From Nemertoderma westbladi (Eukaryota > Animalia > Xenacoelomorpha), in the NCBI GenBank assembly GCA_032718475.1, contig JAUCBJ010007300.1, positions 132,766-196,765 of the forward strand: a stretch of DNA of 64,000 nt, read 5' to 3'. A program made the translations under genes and the position numbers. The notes under the pieces were generated by a model. The model worked only from the letters and a program-made list of their open reading frames with translations. It had not been told where the DNA came from and searched no databases. The number at the start of each line of letters is the position of its first letter. Position 1 is the first letter of the stretch. Below are positions 60,001 to 64,000 of the stretch, piece after piece.

Positions 60001-62430
60001 GGAAATATTTTATTCTTGTTTTCCTTTCGGTCATTAGTTGCCCGGCGATTTTTTCATTAAACAAGATGCTATTTTATAGATTGTTTTTGTGCTTTGGGAT
60101 TATTATGTGCTTTATTAGTGTACTAGGAATTGCTAGTAATATTGGTGCTGTAGGAAATACCACCATACGTAATGAATATTTTGTTAGTAGAATAAGTGCT
60201 GTATCAAATAATTCTTACTGTGCGGATAGAAAAATTCAAGGCTTGCTGAATCAGTATAAGTCTGTATTTACTGACCTATCAGCTCGTGATCCTGTTAAAC
60301 ATTCCACCAGGCACCATATAGTAACTAACGGGCCTCCATGTTACGCTAAGCCCAGACGTTTATTTGGTGATCGGTTGAAAGCTGCCTCAGATGAATTTGA
60401 TCTTCTTTCTAAGCTAGGAATAGTCGAGCGCCGGGAATCGCCATGGTCATCACCTTTACATACTGTACTAAAACCAGATGGCTCAATTCGACCGTGTGGC
60501 GATTACAGGCAACTGAATAAACAAACAGTCCCGGACAATTATCCGATGCCAAACATTGCCGACATCACGGATAAATTTCGAGGCTGTACGATTTTTACGA
60601 AAATAGATTTAACTAAGGCGTACCATCAAATTCCCTTAGCAGAGGAAGATATACCCAAAACCTCAATTACAACTCCTTTTGGTATGTTTTCGTTTAAATC
60701 TATGCCATTTGGACTTCGGAATGCTTCCCAAACATTTCAAAGATTGATAGACAGCATATTATTTGGCTTAAAATGTGCCGTTGGGTATGTTGATGACATT
60801 TTAATAGGAAGTCCAAACCCCGAGCAACATTACAATGATATAAAATGTGTTCTAGAACGTCTGGAGAGAAATGGTTTAAAGGCGAAACTTTCAAAATGTG
60901 TTTTTTTTAAAAGCGAGGTTTTATTCCTCGGGTATTATGTTTCAAAACAAGGTGTTCGTCATCGTATACACATGAACCATCGTATAGCGATCTGATACCT
61001 GCAATAATTACACAAAGTTTCAATAATTGCACACTAACACTGCAACAATTCACACTGCAAAAATGCTTGCCTGTACAGTGTACACGTAACTGCGCTTATT
61101 ACGTATCTATTCTTTTTAAATTAATTTTAAAATTTTTACCAAAGTAACATGTTGCCCTAATTGGAGGCGCCGCGTATCTATCTATTAAAAATAAACTAAC
61201 AGTTTCTAACTGTAGTGCATAATTTTGAGATTATTCAGTGTGTCCCCCAAAATTTGATACTTTTTGTTTTTGTTTGTATTTTTATTTGTGCAGCTCCATA
61301 TTAATGATTTTCAGTAATTATGGTGTCATATCGCGTCATGTAGCTAGAGAGATCTATTTTTTGTTTTCTGTTTTTTGTTGAAACAAATTTTTTAATTTAG
61401 ACAAGGAAAATCTTTTCAAAAAAGGTACATAATTTGTATGAGGATTTCGCATTTTTATTGCCAAATTATTGCAATTAATTGTAACACTTAAAAGAGATGT
61501 TGCTATAGAAACAGGTTCTGGAATTATTCATTCGAAATTATTGTATATGTGGCATTGTTGTACATGTCATGGTTTAGGTTTCATTACCCTCAGTTTGGTT
61601 GTGGCCTTTTCTCAATGTATCAATCATGTTTAGTGGTGATCAAAATGTTTTCATAGATTCGACTTTTTACAAAACTGGTTTCTAAGACAGGCAGGACTAG
61701 CCCTTGGGATAAGTAAAAGCACCGCACAACGAGTCATGAAAAAACTGAAATTTAAGCCATACTGTACAAGTTACAGATATTACATGCTTTACGTACAAGT
61801 GACATTAGTAAGCGAGTAAGCTGTGCGGAGTCCATAGCATTGTTCCTCGACAACAAATCACCAGAACATGTGTTTTTCAGTGATGAAACAGTATTTATGT
61901 TTGTAATTAGTATATTAAAACAATCCATGTTGGTTTTTTATCACCAGTTTATACCCGTTTACAAAATATCGCTTTCCAGCTATCCAATGACACCATAATT
62001 ACTGATAATCATTAATATGGAGCTGCACAAATCAAAATATAAAAAGTATCAAATTATGTAGGACACCCTGACTACGGTGTTATAATTATGACCATAATCT
62101 ATTAAATCACTAGCATTGGTTGGTTATTAGTATGTTATTAATTCATTTACATCAACAGACACAGTATATGGGAAAAGTGACCAGGAAAATGTTCTTACGT
62201 TTCCCAATCTCGATATGCTAAGACGAGATCGTCAGAGGAAGTTTACTGACGCAAAGATAAACAACATCTTATGGGAAGTTCTTCTCTATCTAATATTCTG
62301 CATGTTTCTATATCTTGTGATTTCACTCAACCAAGAAGTTTACGGATATCAACTTTACAGTCACATAGAGAAGACGTTTGTTGAAGGCAATGCATTGCTA
62401 GATGTTACAGATAACTCAACATTTGCTAAT
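5997..62430 (+). CDS. Polycystin-1-like (PKD1L/REJ family) multi-exon gene, partial; 26 exons traced
   Basis: Exons join in phase with GT-AG ends. REJ motifs (LPTG..NYMVNISVEVFDLYGA), GPS (WISDGC..CLCTHLSTF), TM1, PLAT (YEVAVQTG..AGTKSHV..IWHDNSG..SWYL..WLA), DDHIYVSVFMRPPSSPFTRVQRLTCC, LPHWCSYIAW, MQPLKV. Exact paralog cannot be named by eye. Confidence 0.93.
7287..7414 (+). CDS. PKD1-like exon (REJ: VIATCTNDCG..EYLWKL)
   Basis: Polypyrimidine ttctag| acceptor, |gtaata donor; phases match neighbours. Confidence 0.75.
8348..8475 (+). CDS. PKD1-like exon (REJ: DVALGSTMF..GTSSMLLK)
   Basis: cag| ... |gtgagt. Confidence 0.8.
8714..8900 (+). CDS. PKD1-like exon (REJ: VNLPP..DCTDNFTDPEG..YRF)
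   Basis: ttcag| ... |gtcagt; REJ motifs. Confidence 0.85.
9544..9710 (+). CDS. PKD1-like exon (REJ C-term: LPTGLKRHNYMVNISVEVFDLYGA)
   Basis: cag| ... |gtaaat; typical REJ motif. Confidence 0.88.
9953..10073 (+). CDS. PKD1-like exon (VEMPPLPGG..KYLHE)
   Basis: tag| ... |gtttgt; phase-consistent. Confidence 0.78.
11778..11920 (+). CDS. PKD1-like exon (SMMASTIAALLND..TTQPPGN)
   Basis: ttag| ... |gtaagt. Confidence 0.82.
11993..13697 (-). mobile_element. Degenerate non-LTR retrotransposon (EN + RT fragments; L2/CR1-group-like)
   Basis: Minus-strand PTCLSWDGSSIVDLVF (EN), YADDLV..LAINLTK..FDYLGVTF (RT); flanked by aatgtaagtata at 11981-11992 and 13698-13709. Confidence 0.78.
14014..17011 (-). 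mobile_element. RTE-type LINE family B, 5'-truncated, interrupted by a family A fragment
   Basis: Near-identical to 57573-59551; QGDTLAP, DLDFADD; TSD aatatcaa(a/t)ac at 14003-14013 and 17012-17022. Confidence 0.88.
14391..16364 (+). mobile_element. RTE-type LINE family A internal fragment (RT), lacks both ends
   Basis: ORF 14513-16102 near-identical to the matching part of 53198-56236; frameshift near 16095. Confidence 0.92.
17142..17333 (+). CDS. PKD1-like exon (helical region: RAEFRSQLIDGL..EVTGVPDEI)
   Basis: tag| ... |gtggga; open in phase 0. Confidence 0.85.
17725..17934 (+). CDS. PKD1-like exon (DKLTHML..SMGNILRSV..)
   Basis: ctag| ... |gttaaa. Confidence 0.8.
18099..18275 (+). CDS. 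PKD1-like exon (EQLRLVNN..AIGSAINSNK)
   Basis: acag| ... |gtataa. Confidence 0.8.
20273..22972 (+). pseudogene. EnSpm/CACTA transposase with N-terminal C2H2-like finger; one in-frame TGA at 22091-22093
   Basis: LYYDDIEIANPIG, GDNPAA..GFKES...CRSC, HDFHHDMLEG, PKLHYMMH, FGP..WAMRFEG; both ORF pieces are in the same frame. Confidence 0.88.
23207..24538 (+). CDS. CACTA accessory ORF2: double zinc ribbon, helical domain, 9-aa repeats, basic NLS-like and acidic tract, C-terminal PWWP-like domain
   Basis: CAVNGC..CPVC..CCG..CPRC; LVFARQMKSKVFWPGRL..WVYFYGSNNYSWV..IVPYVE..AFLRGTEQINE; likely ATG at 23207. Confidence 0.8.
   Translation: MPICAVNGCTEEIEEDFIACPVCRASKDRTSVEELCCGKVVNPKWIQCPRCLKALNVAAGPVEPPSSNRFQIESATSIEKFRTNLKIAMINGKECYISPDSPVAGIITVPVIKIDMNTKIIPHTSIYQKCLLTFVNDFERRNVTNLSSIAASICETYPEFKRKHKSNKSSMYLALQHDYVNSRHNYRNRMKAKDKNPKIIVEGQSGGVGQVAGDKSAEQVAGDKSVEQVAGVKSAEQVAGDKSAEQVAGDKSAEQVAGDKSAEVNVAGTNSIPLLENAAVVQVQMGRKTINTKPLRNQPQRKRKKAIVISSSSEDDVSEMLLFDSSEDDVEEEPEIQMEVQGVKSLVFARQMKSKVFWPGRLDDAPDGCKMPKPKDPSDTFKWVYFYGSNNYSWVKNTPEYIVPYVENRDLLSEPKPSSTNAFLRGTEQINELYNLFMEDNDE
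23831..23996 (+). repeat. 27-bp coding tandem repeat, about 6 copies (EQVAGDKSA)
   Basis: gaacaggtcgctggggacaaatctgcg units. Confidence 0.95.
25019..25520. repeat. CACTA 3' subterminal tandem duplications (about 89-bp and about 62-bp units)
   Basis: Repeated ttaagactggattgttcc.. and tttaagtgacaacccgggtttcacatccaa blocks. Confidence 0.8.
26060..26205 (-). pseudogene. piggyBac (PGBD) transposase fragment
   Basis: LCMDEQVVPYKGHSHPKQYITNKLHKWRYKIFVL matches the piggyBac IDEQMVPFKG..KQY..NKPHKWGYK motif. Confidence 0.75.
27350..27953 (-). pseudogene. SAM-like N-terminal fragment of the IS3EU-like accessory gene, frameshifted
   Basis: EKLLEEDIDEAIEILMDDSVLSTYIPKFGDRVAAVAF resembles the SAM-like N-termini of transposon-borne HECT-type proteins; no HECT domain seen. 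Confidence 0.55.
28489..28645 (+). CDS. PKD1-like exon (AAGEPNT..INLPSFDDL)
   Basis: ttag| ... |gtgagt; GEP motif of GAIN region. Confidence 0.85.
29189..29329 (+). CDS. PKD1-like exon (DIQVYVLPKNPF..SVNFVGPE)
   Basis: tcag| ... |gtaaga; NPF motif. Confidence 0.87.
29476..29958. mobile_element. MITE with about 22-bp TIRs
   Basis: actagaaagccaggaagctggct / agccagcttgctggcttttctagt. Confidence 0.55.
31197..31242 (-). ncRNA. Minimal type I hammerhead ribozyme (core intact)
   Basis: Minus strand: AGCGCTA CTGAAGA GGCCT gaa AGGCT GAAAC gttg GTA TAGCGCT. Confidence 0.8.
31451..31968 (+). mobile_element. 3' end of a LINE with (TAAA)n tail, inserted in the right arm of the Penelope-like element
   Basis: Flanked by tattag at 31445-31450 and 31969-31974; ends taataataaataaataaa. 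Confidence 0.6.
31973..32018 (+). ncRNA. Minimal type I hammerhead ribozyme (GAAA mutated to AAAA)
   Basis: AGCGCTA CTGAAGA GGCC tgatg GGCC AAAAC gtac GTA TAGCGCT. Confidence 0.72.
32374..32509 (+). CDS. PKD1-like exon (AISINRANQIIDIHIPR..)
   Basis: tag| ... |gtaagt; IxIxIPR motif. Confidence 0.85.
32661..32818 (+). CDS. PKD1-like exon (YSVYLRHSDEPTLTQYD)
   Basis: cag| ... |gtaata; YLRxxxxPTxxxYD motif. Confidence 0.88.
33599..33756 (+). CDS. PKD1-like exon (YTAFF..GIYYVGLRP)
   Basis: ctag| ... |gtagaa; GxYYVGL motif. Confidence 0.87.
33960..34058 (+). CDS. PKD1-like exon, GPS first half (TTSCQSY..WISDGCV)
   Basis: acag| ... |gtaagt. Confidence 0.9.
34430..34651 (+). CDS. PKD1-like exon, GPS cleavage site + TM1 (CLCTHL^STF..LLWARRKD)
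   Basis: ttag| ... |gttcga; GPS consensus and WARRKD motif. Confidence 0.93.
35469..35686 (+). CDS. PKD1-like exon, PLAT N-half (LLDNDPND.YYYEVAVQTG..)
   Basis: ttag| ... |gttagt. Confidence 0.92.
35966..36031 (-). mobile_element. Possible tRNA-derived SINE head
   Basis: Minus strand TGGCGTAGATG (A-box-like) and GGTTTGATCC (B-box-like), ending GGGGACCA; no good cloverleaf. Confidence 0.35.
36131..36296 (+). CDS. PKD1-like exon, PLAT C-half (SLG..IWHDNSG..SWYL..WLAYDRGDG)
   Basis: ttag| ... |gtatgt. Confidence 0.94.
36879..37028 (+). CDS. PKD1-like exon (IERYI..DDHIYVSVFMRPPSSPFTRVQ)
   Basis: tcag| ... |gtacgt; highly conserved polycystin motif. Confidence 0.94.
37645..37776 (+). CDS. PKD1-like exon, TM2 (RLTCCLAF..LGPIPIPVQQ)
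   Basis: ttag| ... |gttgga. Confidence 0.9.
38402..38536 (+). CDS. PKD1-like exon, TM3 (FGIGLMSAIMVFP..LFRYSR)
   Basis: tag| ... |gtaagt. Confidence 0.9.
38954..39858. mobile_element. Kolobok-like non-autonomous DNA transposon (TTAA TSD, poly-G/poly-C ends)
   Basis: ttaa|GGGG.. and ..CCCC|ttaa; internal segment shared with about 41330-41530 and about 43880-44110. Confidence 0.68.
39889..40036 (+). CDS. PKD1-like exon, TM4 (FSLPHWCSYIAWVL..)
   Basis: tcag| ... |gtagac. Confidence 0.92.
40215..40777 (+). mobile_element. RTE family A, 5'-truncated copy with (TAG)n tail
   Basis: 14-bp TSD tattgcgagaatct at 40201-40214 and 40778-40791; matches the 3' end of 52708-56251. Confidence 0.92.
41775..42110. 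repeat. 13-bp minisatellite (accaactttaccg) with 65-bp higher-order repeat
   Basis: aacatgaaca recurs at 41891, 41956 and 42021 (65-bp period = 5 x 13). Confidence 0.9.
42184..42296 (+). CDS. PKD1-like exon, TM5 region (..TSVFTSIFLMQPLK)
   Basis: tag| ... |gtacgc; QPLK motif. Confidence 0.9.
42342..43228. mobile_element. MITE with about 300-bp TIRs (Tc1/mariner-like)
   Basis: cacc(a)cgtcctggaatata.. / ..tatattccaggacatggtg; inverted match extends to about 42647 / 42933; TA on the left flank. Confidence 0.85.
43346..43463 (+). CDS. PKD1-like exon (VVFVAIIMAVFCKPK..DEDDGYLH)
   Basis: ttag| ... |gttata. Confidence 0.87.
47340..49390 (+). repeat. 53-bp tandem satellite, roughly 38 copies
   Basis: ggatccggaatggagtgtaaaacacggatttacgttaattaccaagttttatt; period 47555 to 47608. 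Confidence 0.95.
50226..51070 (-). repeat. Same 53-bp satellite in inverted orientation, roughly 14 copies
   Basis: aaaacttggtaattaacgaaaatccgtgttttacactccattccggatcc units. Confidence 0.95.
51400..52470 (+). mobile_element. Old LINE fragment (EN-RT linker, start of RT)
   Basis: FNAPITEEVVEDAV..KKASG..INILYKWKG..DPSNY. Confidence 0.55.
52708..56251 (+). mobile_element. Full-length RTE-type LINE family A
   Basis: 9-bp TSD tatctagag at 52699-52707 and 56252-56260; 5'UTR, single ORF, (TAG)n tail. Confidence 0.95.
53198..56236 (+). CDS. APE endonuclease + reverse transcriptase (1012 aa), RTE clade
   Basis: ATMNARTL, QEHR, GDLNA, LDYIL, SDH (EN); DFKKAFDS, QGDTLAP, FADD, YLGS (RT); RRLRFSGH..RSRGRP. 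Confidence 0.95.
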   Translation: MSMRTLQEKYRLGRRPGQQGPRPSVVHQAEVDKLATGTEDREERRTNLLKCKKTLKIATMNARTLKAQSKQGDMVALAMEYNINIICIQEHRICHEDTAMKYNDIGNGWTLVTSSTVRNSANASIGGVGILLSPFALKTLNNIESINSRVMIATFDGNPKTTVICCYSPTNASEPEQAVKFYEELTGLIKDIPKHNVKVIAGDLNAQIGPEDIKGYTYNTSSNRNGYLLLDLMEECELIPTNNTFEKSKGKLWTFQYPNGTKAQLDYILINKKWRNSMINCEAYNSFNLIGSDHIIVTAEIRLSLRASKPRTSKQINYDWEKLRTDNAVKDAYTVEVQNRFEALQSMDEDQSTDSIYQNIITAHKESAKRHIPQKPKRKQYVPWQNSEVTCKREDLKIAYKVKTEQPTTENINKVEKAKDDLKLAYNISQEKYIQDKTEAITTAHIQQQSRLTWQTVNEVSGRKSCAKGRLKADSPEERVGKWKNHFSNLLGQPPNIEVNPTRKIYDKTLPIETGDFTPAELQRSIKSMSNNKASGLYEIPAEVWKTGVLNRPLLNVCNRMLKGEKPPPIWTKGQLKPLPKKGDLGIPTNYHGICLLVVAAKIYNKMILYRIGPHIEKLLRKSQSGFRPSRSTIAQILALRRLIEGIKSKNLPAVMTFVDFKKAFDSIHRGKMLEILRAYGIPEVIFAGIGLLYCDTEAQVLLPDGETEFFSILAGVLQGDTLAPLLFVIVLDYAMRTATKGEDLGFTLQERRSSRYPATTVTDSDFADDIALLSNTLADAQLLLNKVERAAKEVGLHINATKTEFMTFNVDGNLTTIDNQLRKVDDFQYLGSWIESSKKDIEVRKTKAWVALSKMDTIWKSDLSRHLKTKFFRATVESVFLYGGETWTLTKSLEQRIDGCYTRLLRAALNISWRQHMTNAELYGTIPPVSITLHERRLRFSGHCWQSKDEVIPDLLLWQPTHGKRSRGRPAITYIDQLERDTELGRNEIATTMENREAWKDLISTVRVRST
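56355..56372 (+). promoter_or_regulatory. Primer-binding site complementary to tRNA-Trp
   Basis: TGGTGACCCGGACGAGAT vs tRNA-Trp complement TGGTGACCCCGACGTGAT. Confidence 0.8.
56495..57572 (+). pseudogene. Gypsy gag, frameshift near 57020
   Basis: LPEFYPKDARTWFQQVEA, ELGDRKPSAVLRQM, LDRLAEVADKM, WCFYHFRFGNEANKCTPPC. Confidence 0.88.
57573..59551 (+). mobile_element. RTE-type LINE family B, 5'-truncated, (TAG)n tail
   Basis: 12-bp TSD tagtagtggtaa at 57561-57572 and 59552-59563; RT motifs; 2-bp deletion near 58548 relative to the 14-17 kb copy. Confidence 0.92.
59564..60960 (+). pseudogene. Gypsy pol: aspartic protease + RT, truncated before RNase H and integrase
   Basis: FLVDSGSEFS..ILGLDFL; SPWSSPLH..RPCGDYRQLN..KIDLTKAYHQ..MPFGLRNA..YVDD..FLGY. 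Confidence 0.92.
61236..62070 (+). mobile_element. Tc1/mariner deletion derivative with about 95-bp TIRs
   Basis: cagtgtgtcc.. / ..ggacaccctg; shared tgcagctccatattaatgatt..cagtaattatggtgtcat; internal LRQAGLALGISKSTAQRVMKKLKFKPY and FFSDET remnants. Confidence 0.85.
62159..62430 (+). CDS. PKD1-like exon, TM6 and start of TOP/polycystin domain (..ILWEVLLYLIFCMFLYLVI..)
   Basis: cag| ... |gttagt; phase 1 matches exon ending 43463. Confidence 0.88.
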
Positions 62431-62947
62431 GTTAGTTAGCAGTACTTGAATACCTTTTTTCACTAATTCAATATACTGAAAACATTAAGGGTATCTGTGG
62501 TAATTATAAGCTATGCATAATATGTTAACATCAGCATCTGGCTTAATACATATAACATTACTGCGACAGCAGTATAACAATATATGAGTATGAATGACAT
62601 ACTGACATACAATACATACAATAAGCAATATGTATATATGACTGAAGTTCCATTGTCCACTACATATGGGGCGAGCCATGATGTAGCACAGTGCTATATG
62701 GCGAGTCCATTCGCTCATACACACTGGAATACTTCACATGTAGTAAGTTGTGTGCCCATGTCACTGAAGTAATCTTATTTGAAGCTGCTTTAATTAAGAC
62801 CAAAAGTGATCAAGAATGATTATATATGGCGTATATTGCCGCCAACAGGCCTTTATTCAACGTCTAAAAGTTCAAACACTCATCAAAACACCGAAAAGCA
62901 GTGAAGACACTAGCGGTAACTGGCTGGGCAGTACTACGGTAATGGTG

Positions 62948-63752
62948 AAAAATATCGAGACTTGAAAAATATCGAGAGTAAAAATAACGAGAGTAAAAAT
63001 ATCGAGAGTAAAGATAACGAGTGTTGAAAATTAACGTGATTAAAAAATATCGAGAGTAAAAATAACACGAGATGAAAAATATCGAAAATAACGAGTGTTG
63101 AAAAATATCGAGTGTTGAAAAATATCGAGAGTAAAAATATCGAGTGTTGAAAAATATCGAGAGTAAAAATATCGAGTGTTGAAAAATATCGAGTGTTGAA
63201 AAATATCGAGTGTTGAAAAATATCGAGTGTTGAAAAATATCGAGAGTAAAAATATCGAGTGTTGAAAAATATCGAGAGTAAAAATATCGAGTGTTGAAAA
63301 ATATCGAGAGTAAAAATATCGAGTGTTGAAAAATATCGAGAGTAAAAATATCGAGTGTTGAAAAATATCGAGAGTAAAAATATCGAGTGTTGAAAAATAT
63401 CGAGAGTAAAAATATCGAGTGTTGAAAAATATCGAGAGTAAAAATATCGAGTGTTGAAAAATATCGAGAGTAAAAATATCGAGTGTTGAAAAATATCGAG
63501 AGTAAAAATATCGAGTGTTGAAAAATATCGAGAGTAAAAATATCGAGTGTTGAAAAATATCGAGTGTTGAAAAATATCGAGAGTAAAAATATCGAGTGTT
63601 GAAAAATATCGAGAGTAAAAATATCGAGAGTAAAAATATCGAGTGTTGAAAAATATCGAGTGTTGAAAAATATCGAGTGTTGAAAAATGTCGAGAGTAAA
63701 AATATCGAGAGCAAAAATATCGAGTGTTGAAAAATATAGAGAGTAAAAATAT
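62948..63752. repeat. Two-variant minisatellite: 17-bp aaaaatatcgagtgttg and 15-bp aaaaatatcgagagt, mostly alternating (32-bp period)
   Basis: Direct reading; explains the three overlapping repetitive minus-strand ORFs. Confidence 0.95.
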
Positions 63753-64000
63753 TGCATTTTGCTTGGACATTTTATTTATAATTATGGGACAATATTGCAG
63801 TGGATGGGTTACAACAGTGCAAGTGCAAATAAATGGCATTAATGCATCTTGGGTACCCATTCCCCAGATTTATTATACTAGCTAGTTTTTGCTATTTTTT
63901 TAATAAATATTATAGACGAAGTGCTAGCTATCAATTTTGATAAATATTATAAATATTGTTAAATATTATATTAGAACACGTACTGTATAAGCTACCAAAT

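Larger units (their letters stand above)
52521..60960 (+). mobile_element. Ty3/Gypsy LTR retrotransposon, 3'-truncated (gag, PR, RT); 5' LTR apparently split by RTE-A, gag/PR junction split by RTE-B
   Basis: LTR end ..CAACA at 56353 followed by PBS; gag and pol motifs; LTR start 52521 is tentative because no 3' LTR is present. Confidence 0.82.

Noticed and set aside
62864-63860. Three long minus-strand ORFs (224-308 aa)
   Set aside because: They are artefacts of a stop-free minisatellite.

Overview
AT-rich animal (probably invertebrate) genomic DNA. The backbone is an internal part of a + strand polycystin-1-like (PKD1/PKD1L/REJ family) gene: 26 GT-AG exons from 5997 to 62430 that I can join in phase with no stop, encoding REJ, GAIN/GPS (CTHL^STF), TM1, PLAT and further TM helices. 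Both gene ends lie outside the traced exons. The introns are packed with nested mobile elements. (1) A DIRS/Ngaro gag remnant. (2) An IS3EU-like element containing a 7.1-kb CACTA/EnSpm transposon, whose second ORF ends in a PWWP chromatin-reader-like domain. (3) A palindromic Penelope-like element with two inverted minimal hammerhead ribozymes. (4) Two RTE-type LINE families with (TAG)n tails, one copy full length. (5) A Ty3/Gypsy element hit by both RTE families, with an odd hydrophobic PR-RT linker. (6) A 4-kb foldback element built from inverted 53-bp satellites. (7) Several MITEs and tandem repeats. All calls come from reading motifs by eye; no database search was run.
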